Shown here piece by piece: positions 24,401-36,230 of a stretch of 59,858 nt of DNA (positions are counted from its first letter, which is position 1; each line of letters opens with the position of its first letter). Location: contig JAAILG010001935.1 of assembly GCA_012026655.1 (NCBI GenBank), positions 1 to 59,858 of the forward strand, written 5' to 3'. A program made the translations under genes and the position numbers. Origin of the DNA: Hydrolagus affinis. Taxonomy: Eukaryota. The notes beneath the pieces are model-generated. The model saw only the letters and a list, made by a program, of their open reading frames with translations. It ran no database searches and was not told where the DNA came from.

Positions 24401-26599
24401 CTGAAGGGAGGTAATGTGGAGATGAGAAGCCAGCAGGAAGAAAATAAATCATATTTCCAAGGCACTGCATAGCACTGTGATTTCAAATGCCATCCTTAAC
24501 ATCCTGCTCATACTGGATAACAGCACCTTCTTGTTAAAGGTCACAGCATCAAACAATACTACAGCCAACTCCATTCTGATTGACACTAATTTGATGCTGT
24601 TTTTTTCAGTCAGGAAATGAAGCAAACAAGGAAGGAAAGATTCAGGGAGAAGCAAATAGTAAGATCATGCCAATGGGTCATGGGGGCATTTAGAGGACTG
24701 GGATATTCTACAAGAGATGTATGAGTGAATCATCGAGTTATCAAAGAAGAGAGGAGCGGTATGCTGAAGGAATGAACACGCCTTCCTTTTCTTTATGTGG
24801 TCTTTTGGAGCTGGAGCTGCATGTGTGGCCAGAATTTTTATTATCTATGATCAAATTTAGACTGAGATGAAATCACCCCTCGCGAGGAATGGAAACCAAA
24901 TTTCATCTTCTGATAATACTCACAAATGTTTGAGTTTATACTGCGCTCAGAAAACAGTAAACTTTCTCAAATTGTATTGCAAATGCAGCTGTGAAGTGTT
25001 ATAGTTGCAGTTACTGTCTCCAACCAAAGACTGCAGCAATGATGTGTTGAAAGAAAATCTGTGCATGGCCTGTTGGAAATCTCAAAGGATGTGAAACTTA
25101 TTATCAGCTTCACTGATCCTTTGTTTACGTGGCAGGTGCCAGGAAACGATGTTTGCTGGGAGATAGATAAAAGGACAAGGTATTCAAGCAACAAGCCTTT
25201 TAGAAACCTCTAGTGGATGTGCGGGTTGTGTAGTGGTCACTTTACTCTTATGCTTTTAAAATAGACCTACTTATTGAGTCTATACAAGGTTTAAAAGGTG
25301 AAGCCAGTAAAATGGTCTCATTACATCAAAGTTAAAAGGCATTAAAGGGCTATTTTCCTCTCTGACCTTTTTTTCCCACTTTACCAGCTTGGGAATTTCA
25401 ATTGGCTGTTCTCAAATCTCACAATCCACATTTGCAAGACAGAAGTCGTAAATAGTGCAAAAAAAAAACCTAGTTTGTGAATGTCCACATAACTTGTTGC
25501 ACCAATTGAAATACGTTAAACAAGATGATTGGATTCCATACGAGGTGTTACCAGATGGGTATGCCAATTCTAACTATGATTTCACATTAGTTCAATCAAT
25601 GTTATGATATTTATGATATTTATAATTAAATAATAATTATTGGTGAACTATATATACAGGTAAACTAAATACATAATTAATGGTACACTTAATATATACT
25701 TAAGCATTATTATAGGTAAACTAAATATCACACAGAAATGCAACAATGCAACACATTTATGAGTGCAACTTAACCCTTGCTTTGAATTGATGAACTTGAC
25801 AACGATGACAACAATTCACATTTCAAAGTGCTTCACACAGCTGAATGGGGACTAAGGGAGCTAAGCTAAGCCACTTCCTCTCACTCCCGGGATAGCAGTG
25901 AGCGGAAGTGGCCTTTGAATGGTGATTACATTGAGCATCACAATGCAAGATATTTAGACACGAGAGGAAAATAATCATCCTGTACCATGAACTCTGAGAA
26001 TGCATGCTCAAGTTTCAGTGACATATTTTATTAGAAATGTGGCTGCATTCTTTGCAACAAATCCTTTGTCTTCAATGTATCATCTTTATCAACAAAGCAG
26101 GTGGATTGAACAAGGGCACGCAAGGGCTTCTACAAGGTCCTGACTTTGCTTAAGTTGCTTTAGAAGATATCTACGTGCTAATCTAGCTTGGCTGGACTCT
26201 GTACTTGAATGAAATTATGGGGCGGAGGGTGGAAAAAGACATCCATTCCTAGCCAGCTTGCTCCCTGCATATTATTAGAGTTCCTCTCCTCTTTGGACAT
26301 TCCCTACTTATCATATTACAGTATTTCATTTTATTGTGCAACATAAATTGAACGCTTATTAAATCAATAATACTCTGGGTACCCTAAAGCATCTGGTTTA
26401 CATTTATTTTCAATAAAGGGCAGAAACATCATAAAAGAAAATCCATTCAAAATGTTTTCTTTTTAATGTCTGTTGGGAGTTGGTGATGACAGCAGATATG
26501 TCTATGTTGGTGCAGAACACAATCCAATATGTTTTACTCTAGAACTAACAAATGAACAGTGGAAAATATATGTTTAGCAACAATTCAACAGTAGGGATT

Positions 26600-26820
26600 T
26601 GATGCAACAAGTGTTCTGACCACATACAGATCATTGGTGAGGCCGTATTTGAAATACCACTGTGGAAACGTTATATGTGATGTATTGGAGCCAGTTCACA
26701 GTTGAGAAGTGACAAATTCAACAACAACAACGTGCATTTATATAGTGCCCATCACACAAGGTAGTGTCTCGGAGCATGACAAGGTTGATCCCAGGACTCC
26801 GTGCCTCAGGCTATGGAGAG
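26600..26820 (+). mobile_element. CR1 RT relic interrupted by a minus-strand L2 tail (about 26719-26760)
   Basis: tacagatcattggtgaggccgtatttgaaatac gives YRSLVRPYLKY (CR1 LYKTLVRPHLEY motif); resumes acaaggttgatcccaggactc (TRLIPGL); insert caacaacaacaacgtgcatttatatagtgc. Confidence 0.65.
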
Positions 26821-29800
26821 ACACAGTGAACTTTCAATGAAACTTTCTCTCCCTCGCCTGAAGCACTCAGACAGTGAACTTTCAGTGACTGGCAGAACTG
26901 AAAATGGAATGGAACTAAACACTAGAATTTTAACTACTTAAATTAATACTGCATTTATGTGCTGGCCATTTGAATGTGTGTTATAGACAGTTGATGTTTG
27001 GTAATTGACATGACTTTCTAAAGTCACAAGCACAAACTGAAATTGTGGTTTTGATTCTCTTTTAAAATCGAAAATTACAGCATTTTAAAATGTTAATTTA
27101 AAATTGTGACTTTCCTTGGCAGGAATAAAGTTATTCCTGGAGACAATTTACCATGAATGGTAACAATTCTAGGAAAAAAAATGATTTCCAAAATGATTTC
27201 CAAGGATCTAGTCATTTCCCTAGAGATACGGGTGATGTAAGGGTTAACCAGCTCATTCCAGTGGTTTTATTGTGTATGTGTCTATGTGCCTCTGTGCTTT
27301 GATCTATCCAGCAATTTATCTATTTCATATCCATGTTTTATTTATTGATGCAGTGGCACATACATTGATCATTCACTGGAGACTTTTGTAGCAATAGGTT
27401 CACCCGGTAATATATGAGTGTGAGCCACACTAAATTCTCACTGAGCGTTCAGCCATTCAGTCAGATTGCATTCTAATTACAGTATTAAGTGCAAAACCCA
27501 TGAGTATTCTGACTCCTACAAGTGACAAGCATTGCTGTTTTATGAAACCAAAATTATAAGGGGCCTGTTGTATGCTCAGGGGAAGTGCACATTTCATGGG
27601 ATAAAGGTGTATTATGGAAATGCAATTATTGGAAAAGCTGCCCGAGTACGTATATGATTTTGTGATGAGGCTTGGAAAGAGAGAATACTAAGAGCCTCCT
27701 TCTTACCTGTCTGTGCAAAACTGGTGAATTAGCATCAATTTGTCTTTCTTGAAACTTAATCCAATATAATTAACACAAAATAGAACACTAGTTTTGTTAA
27801 GATCTGAATGGATTCTAATATAGAGTGGGACTAAACCGTAACATTTTGACTATGTTAAAACAACACTGCAGTTTGTGTAAGCAGGATGTGCCTATATTGG
27901 TAGTTTGGGTGTGCATGGTTATGTTTGGTAATTAGTATGAACTATTAAAGCCGCAAATGCAAAGAAATATGGAATAGTCATTATTTGGAATTATTGAGCA
28001 AATAAGAGTGAATTGATGTTCATCCAGCCTTTTCCACATACAGTATATACATATTCAATGATTCCACATTCACCACTGAAATCCACTCTGCTGAAGGGTA
28101 TCTTTACTGTTCAAATGAGGACAGTAGAGTTTTACTGAGGATACACAAGATATTGTGTTTCATTCAGTTAGAGCTATACACAAGGTTTTTTTCCCCCTGG
28201 TTTCAAACATTCATTTTACTAAAGCTTTATCTGCCATTATATCTAATGGAAGATCAAACTGTTCTTTGAGAGATCACAAATCGCAATGGCTACGGATTTA
28301 AATCATGTTTGTTTGTTTCTTTGGAAGGGAGGGGGGATTATACCCAATGGGAATTGGAATCAATAATGGACTAAAATGTTTTCTGCTGTACCAAATTGAG
28401 GATGGCTTGAAAATTAATGGATTTGCCCTTCAGTCATGTCCTTCAATCTAGTCTAACTCCAGTTTGGCTTGACAGTAAACATGTCAATCCATCAGTTCCT
28501 AAATCGGCAGATGAGTAGCAAGGCAAATCAGCTAAATTCTGTAGGTCCAGTATGTAGTTTTAAGACATTTTCCTGATGTGAAAGGCGTTATATCAAAGGT
28601 AAGTTTTTTAAAAAAAATTAAATCACAATATTCATATAATAACTGAGTTTAATCTATTGTAATTATGAAAACAATTAAAGCTGCATTTATTATAACAGAA
28701 TCTGCTTCTTAGCAACAATTTTATTGTCCAGATTATTGGCTGAGCAACAAATAACTCCATGAGTATGTCAGTAGGATAGTCAAGCCTCCAGGTCTTGCTG
28801 TAAGCAGGTGACTGTATTAACATGAGATCTGTTTACTCTAGATTGCAGCAAACTGGCAAGTTATCAATATGTCCACAACATTATAGATAGATTTCCAGAT
28901 TTGACTAAGGAAGCAAAATGCACAACTCGTTTATTACATAGAAGCGATTAGTACCATTATAATCTGCAGAAATGCGAGAGAAAAAAATGCGTTTGAACAT
29001 ACATGGCTAAAGCATAACATTTTAGTTTGATCTGCTGTTGCTCTGGGTCTGGGTCGAGGGAAAGCTGCCATTACTCGACGCTCTCCTAACCAATACAGCA
29101 ATTCCCTCCCTGTCTGACACATTCTGATCCAAAAGGCTGCGAATGTGTCACCTTTTGATATTTGGAAGTTGCATAGAAACTGACTGCACCAGATGGCTCA
29201 GCTGCCACACTTGTGCAAGCTCCCAGATATGAGATTCTCAGCAATCTACAAACAGGTCAACTACTGATTGCTTATCTAGACAATACCTGCGGAAGACCAG
29301 TGAGTCTGTCTGTACCTGAATGTCACCCTGGGATGATGATGTATGTACTTTAATCTCAAGGTAATTACATTGCCTCTTCTAATGCAGCTTGCTGAAGAAT
29401 AACAGCTCCATTCTGAAGGTTTGTTGCATTCACTTACTTGCGAACTTCTGGCTGGCCAGTCAGCCCTTGCAAATGACTTGGAGGTTGAAGTAAGTACTAC
29501 CGTTTTCATGCAGGTCATTGAACCAGACATGTAAGAGTCATGTGCACAGCTTTGTGATTTTCAAAATAAAAGTTGCTACAGTATCTTGAAATAGCATTGA
29601 AAAACTCTATCATAGAACCATTTAACTCAGGAATCTTTTGTAAACTTCTGAAGTTGCAACTAGTTTCATTGAGTCTCGAGTCTTTCGAACGTAAATATTT
29701 TGCCAAAGAGATGCTTGACATTTTATATCAAAAGTAGATTTGTTATTTGTTCCACATCAAGACATAATAAGAAAACAACAGTGCGGATATATCAAGAAAT

Positions 29801-30814
29801 GGGCAAACAGAACAAAAAGACTTAGTTCAGAACCCAATGGGCTTCAAAAACCCTAAATCACATTGCATTTGCAGCTAGTCTTATCACCATCCTTGTGGAT
29901 TTGGAGATCATATATGTTACAGGATATTTTGGTGAAAGTAAGAGCCTTTTAACAGCTTTTATTCTAGTAAAAAAGAACAAGTTGCATGATTTATAAAGCC
30001 CTGGCAATGTTCCCAAAACATTACAATATAAATCTTTGCTTGGGTCATCCAGACAAAAAGATGAAAAGGAAGAAATTGAAGTCAAATGCGTGAGTCAAAT
30101 GATGCATGGTAGTTAGAATACTGTGTAAGGTACTGCAGACAGTCTTTTCCTCACACATTAACACCTAAGAAGCATAAGAATAGAAATATAGAAACCCATG
30201 TTATTATTCAAACCATCAAAAAGATGGTGATAATAAGATATAACTGAACTTTATATAATAGTAAAAGACACTTTACTCTATTCTATAGAGACACTTACAA
30301 GGATATGGGTAATTATGCAGAGTTCTTGGTCATATTAACCCACACATGTCAGTACAACAAAGCACTCGTGAGTAAATTGGCCAAAAATCTCAGGTGAATT
30401 CTAAAGGAACCTTCTTGAAGCTGCAGTGGGTAACTCAAAATCCCACCAGAGAACGAGGTTAAACAAGAACAGGTTTGTTGCATTATTAATAGCATAAGTT
30501 GAGGCTTTTACTTCTGAAGAAATAAGCACTGACTGCTTTGGTTGCTAGCACAAAGGTAAACGTGGGGCTCATTTCCACATTTGTGGGATTGTGAAAAATG
30601 TGTTAAATCTTACTTAATAAGCCTATGACTGCCTTCATAAACTCCTTCTGCGATGCAATGGATATACAGAACTGAATTGAACAGAGAGCCCATTTAAAAT
30701 GCAATCGCTAGTAATGATTTTGGTAGGTTTGGAACCTACAATACATTTTGTTTGTGTGTTAAACTTCAGCAAATGTTCAGCCCTGAGAAATAAGAGCAAA
30801 AGAAAGTATGAAAC

Positions 30815-31175
30815 GACCCAAGGTCATAAAATCCATCCAGCCCATTCCTTCCAGAGACCATCACACAAGGCAAATCTATTATCTGCCCATCTCTATGCAC
30901 TGTTATAATGTTTTCTTTATCTTCAAAGGTAAAACTGTACTATAGAACAAATACCTCAGCCTATTTACTTCCCTAAACCAGAGTCCTTTCACCCCACCCC
31001 ACCCCTCCCCCACCCACCCCACCACCTACAAAACAGTTTCTCTTTATTTAATGTATCAAAATCTATCATAATTTGAACAGATGTACTGTTTCCTTTGTTC
31101 CAGTAAAAAAAATGCTCATCTCTCTTCATAATTAAAACCTCCCATCCCTACGGTATCATCCTAGTGCATCTCTTG
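30815..31175 (-). mobile_element. Decayed CR1 3' relic with an internal (CCCCA)n-like tract
   Basis: atccagcccatt at the 3' end and tctcttcataattaaaacctcccatccctacggtatcatcctagtgcatctc parallel the CR1 at 5740-5800. Confidence 0.5.
30991..31026. repeat. C-rich (CCCCA)n-like simple repeat
   Basis: accccaccccacccctcccccacccaccccaccacc. Confidence 0.8.
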
Positions 31176-34100
31176 TGTATTCCTTTCATGAATTGACATC
31201 TTTTCTAAAGTAGGGTATTCAGAAATGGACACGAATGGTAACTTTTTTAGATCTAAACTTTTGAGATTCTGGGATACGGTACAATGAATTGCAAGTGAAT
31301 TGCAATGATTCTTGATTTCAACATAGTGAAGAGAAAACATATGCACTGTATTTAAAGTTTAGAAGAATACATCTATGGGTAGTTATTAAATGTAGTCTAA
31401 TAAGGTAATGAGATAAGATTAAATAAGATAAATGTTATCAAATAAGATAAGTAACTGAAAAGAGTAGTTACACATTTTTCCAGCACAGTTAAGTCATACT
31501 TAAATCATACAGTACATCTTAAATCATAGTTTGTGACAATAAGATGTCACCCTTTTCAAAAGGCATCTGAAAAGAAAGTGAGTGTTTAACCACAGGAGAT
31601 ATTGTCGAACTAAAGTGTTTTAAAACATCTTGTATAGGTCAACAAGAATGACTGTACTTAACACTGGAATGCTAATTGTTGAGTCTTAAAAGGCTCCAGG
31701 CTTGCATCACTAAAGATCTGAGAATATTAAGCAGGAAATTAATATGGTATGCATTTGTTTCCAGAGATCTCATACTAGACATGTGAGTGATAGCTGTCTT
31801 CGCGTTCTCAGCATTGAATAGGGTACAAAAGATTCCAAATTTACAGCTAATAAAATTTTAATTCTTGAACATAGTTGTGGTTATATATTTATAGGCACTC
31901 CATCCTCAACATTATTTCAACTGAGGTGAAATGTGCCTAATAATCTAAATCAAATCTTACCAATTTAAGGCAACACAAATTACCTGTAAGCTCCAATTTA
32001 AAATAACACAAAACATCAGGTGGCTAAATAGTAAATAGATGACAGATAACTAAAATGTTCAGCTAAATTAAATATGGTAAGATTGGAGGTTTAGTATCAT
32101 TGCAGTATGCGCATTCCACTGCTACTTATGAGTTTAATGATGAATGAGCAGCTTTTGCTATATGCAGGTTGTAAATGTGTTAGCAAGTCTCATTTCATAC
32201 AATTACATGATCACTGAATTGCTATACTTTTCACAAAAAGATAGAGCTCAGCTAAATCCAAGTTTACAATGGAAGATTTCAGAGTAAATCTTAAATCTTT
32301 TTTTCTAATGCATTTTATTTTGCAAAAGGTATTCTTGTGTGAAAAACGTATTATTTTTATCTTAGATATTATTTATTCAAGCAAAAAAGGACGCTGAAAT
32401 ATTCAAAAGGAGAAACGCTGTGAAGAGAACTGGGGCATTGCTTCTATGTAACTTGCTTCAGCACCAGTTGTAACACGAGGTACAAGATGATCCAAGTCCA
32501 AAAGAAGAAATGGGAATTGTTGCTTCAGATGTTCTTCTCATCTATCACCGTCCGATCAAACTACTGCAATTATAAACCGACTGTCGAACTTCCTAAAATA
32601 AATCAGGTCACTTCTTGGTAGCCCCATAGTAATAATGCTGCAACCATTAACGTCATTACACATGAATGACGTTGTGGATAGACTGTCAGTCTCTCCTGTG
32701 CTAACTGCCTGTTTTATCACAGGAGAGCACACAGAAGATGCAGAATTTAGAAAACCTGGAAAAGGCTGGTGATCTAAAACTTAACATATTTTTCAGACGA
32801 ACTGCATTGAAGAATCACACATTCAGTACCTTCGATTTCAGACATTAATAAACCTGCAGTGCATTTACTACCATTTTCTAAAGCTACAACTGAAAATGGG
32901 ATTGCATTGACACAAGGTGAACTAAATTGTAGCTTTCTGTTAAATTTCATTTTACAAATCTCAGTTCACTGCACATAAATATACTGAATGCCAATAAGTA
33001 TAAAAATACTGAAAGCCCTACGAAAATATAGATTAAGGGCACGTCATTAACCATTAAGCATGTCCTACCACATATTGGGGTCACTTTCATGTTCCTCTAA
33101 TCCTAGAATCTCTTAAACATTAACCAACGTCTCACTTATTTCTTTCTTTCTGGGTTCTTGGATGACAATGATTGAGTCAAGATTCTCAGAGATTCGTAGA
33201 GATTTAATTACTATTATTATGACTTAAATTTCTTTGTCATACAGTAGATATATTTTTGACCATATAAACATTAAGCTTTGTGTTTGCTCCAATTCCTTAA
33301 CAAATGGTTTCATTTATTCATTGAATATAATTGAAGGACAATAGACTGATCTCTGGCAATCTAGCAGTGAATATGCATCCATTTCTCCTTGCTGTCCAAG
33401 AGACGTTTCAATCCATAGTGATGTGGAGGTGATTGCTTTTTTATGGCAACTGAGCTGTTTGATCAAATGTCTGCATCCTATTGCTGGTCAGATAAATATG
33501 AATTATGTGTCTATATTCTTCTGGTAGTATTGTGCGACTCCATATTGTGAAGTTCTACACTGTGTGCATTCTCATTGTTGAAAACTTTACACTGTAAGCT
33601 GTCATCACACACAATACTGTGCAAAGCAGGCACAAGTTTAAAGTCTTTCAAAGAGCTATTTCTTTGCTACTGCAACACTGACAAAACAGGCAGATTGTTT
33701 TTTGCATCATTATTTCTCAGAAAACCCTGAAGGGAAATGTTTGAAAACTGTATCATGTACACAGCAACGTACATTTATATAGCACCCTTACAATACAATA
33801 ACATTCACATTTATACAGCATCTTTCACATCAGAAGACATTCCAAGCATAGGATAATGTATTAAAGCACTGAATAAAATATACATGAATAAAGTGCTCCC
33901 TGTAAAGCTAAAGCATTTGAACCTGATTATGTTTTCTTTCCAAATGGATTAAATCTGCTCAAATAATATGAAAAATAGATGTCTGTTTACATGTTGATGA
34001 TATTTTGCTGGTGAGCTTTATGTCATCAAAAGGTTTGTCAATGTTGTTAGTCTCCAGAGTTATACTGCATATCTCTTAGGATTGGATAATAAATAATTAC

Positions 34101-34629
34101 CAATAATCTTCAAACAATTTAATGTATAGTGGGAAAATAATCGAATGCCATTTATAGTACACTTGACTCAGCACTCTTGCAAAGTTCCCGGGAGAGCAGG
34201 TCATATGGACATTTCTGTTGTGCATTGTTACTTTCAAATTCATCTTGGTTGGCTTCTCACTAACATCTGGCAGGAAATCATTAACATGGGAGGAAATCAT
34301 TGATAGGAAGTCAGGAAATGTCTGTACAAAAGTGTAAGGATTCTGTAATTAATGTATTAGATATTATCTGAAAGTATAATTGTGAAAGACACTTTATTCA
34401 TCTGTATGTACATTTAGAATGTAAGATACCCATAATCCTTTAATAATGACTAGTTGAGCAGGGGTTAAAAGTAGCTTTGCTGGACCGATTGAGGTCAGCT
34501 ACTGATTACATTCTATATTTTCCTGAGAAGATGTTCACTGCTCTGAGATAATGAGCAATTGTGCTTGAGCAATGTATGAACTGTTGGAGGTAGCAGTTGT
34601 TAAACATTCCATTATAGCTACTGAAAACG

Positions 34630-34825
34630 TAAAGGGAGTTTCTCCCTGGCCATAAGACCTTCAGACAAAATTGGTCATTCATGTCATGACTGTTTGCGAC
34701 TTTAGTGCAAGCAAAATGGATAATACATTTGATATGAACAACAGTCACTACACACCACAGCAATCACCACGAAGTGCTTCGAAATGTTTCAGTGTTATAA
34801 GTGCAATAAAAATGCCAAGTTCTTT
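34630..34825 (+). mobile_element. Decayed DeuSINE-like 3' half
   Basis: aagggagtttctccctggcca...tggtcattcat...acagtcactacac...gaagtgcttcgaaatg...aaatgccaagttctttct. Confidence 0.5.
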
Positions 34826-36164
34826 CTGTTTTACATGACCATTTTTCGTTGCAAAGGCTTCAATAATTCAGTTATCTCTCCTTACATCTGTCATGTCCTT
34901 TCATGAACATTTCCACGCATGCTGTCAGTCCCTCTCCTGTGCTTAAAAATGGTCTTAGAAAGTTCTGTTTCTAATACTGTGTGTTTAGCAGGCATGATTG
35001 AACTGTTCAAGGAAAGCAGCGTTTCCCTCCCCAGATGGCCCAGGAGACATCAATGAAACATAGAGGAACCCCAAGTGTAGTTTTCAATTAAGTGGGATTG
35101 AACCAGCAGCCCTGGCATGTGCTGCTGTGCCATCAAGTCACGAGTCTTCTGCTTTAAAACTAAGCAAACTACCTTAATAGAAGTAGAATCGAATACCACA
35201 GCAGTTATATTTATATACTATATAATATTTCCAAAGCTATTTAAGATATTTTTGTAAGGCCTTTGACCTCTAAATCTTCCCAGCCTTCAGTCTTTACTCA
35301 TTTCTTAGCTAACTTTTAACAGGATATGCATTTCACATGCAGTAAGTACATGGTAATGTAATACAGTAATTTTAAAGCCCCTTTGAGTTGCATTACATCA
35401 TAAAACAAGCAAAATAGATTGATTTAGTGTGGTTTACCATCCAGCTTTCTACTGTCATAAACATCAGTAAGTAGTTTTTCTTGAATACAAATAAAATTGA
35501 AATATTAAAGCTCTTCGCATCCATTAAAATATCATGTACAAAGACACTATTTCAGTTTAGTAGAAAATCAGTCGTGCATTATCAGTGGTTAGAAAAAGAA
35601 TAAGACATAGGTTTCATTATATTAGTAATGTGATTTGAATGTATGCAATAGTACAGTGCAGACTTAGGATAAGTAAAATTATGATCAATATAGTTATGTT
35701 ATGACAAATCACTGCTGATAAAAATACAGTTTTTTCCTTATTCTAACTGAAACTAGATTAAAGTCAAGAAAGGCTTCAAAAGTCTAGAAGTATTTTGGTA
35801 AAAGGTATAACAGTGACTGTGCCATATACAGTATTTACATGACTAAGGCCTGATGTGGAATTTCTTAAAAGCGATTTTTTTATTTGGACATTGTGGCTGC
35901 CACTATTTCAGCCAATAATCCAGTTTTATTAGGGAATGACAATTTGTGCAGCAATCTGGGAAAATAATCTACAGACTCAAAGCACCATGGTTGTTTGTCA
36001 CAAATACAAAAATGAGCATAATACCCCACAGCCACACGTCTAGAGCACAAAAATGCTTTGAATTTGATGGTAATTGGCATTAATTTGCCAAGCTCACACA
36101 AAGAGGCAACAAGACATGAGAACAAGAATGGAAGATATCGGCTGGCACAGTAGAAGGCAGCCAT

Positions 36165-36230
36165 CAACAACAACAACTAAATTATATTTGTATAGCACCT
36201 TTCACGTCAGGAGGACATCCCAAGGCGCTG
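36165..36230 (-). mobile_element. L2 tail fragment
   Basis: caacaacaacaac...atttgtatagcacctttcacgtcaggaggacatcccaaggcgc. Confidence 0.7.

Noticed and set aside
29100-29157. HDV/CPEB3-like ribozyme suggested by CTGCGAAT followed by a pairing strand
   Set aside because: The partner strand is only about 20 nt upstream, leaving no room for P1, P3 and P4; the alternative pseudoknot is sterically implausible
29227-29299. Open stretch YEILSNLQTGQLLIAYLDNTCGRP ending at GTGAGT
   Set aside because: Weak acceptor and unrecognised peptide
35323-35341. 19-nt micro-exon candidate (AACAG|...|GTAAGT)
   Set aside because: Not frame-preserving, the CTAAC branch-like motif is very close to the AG, and there is no other support
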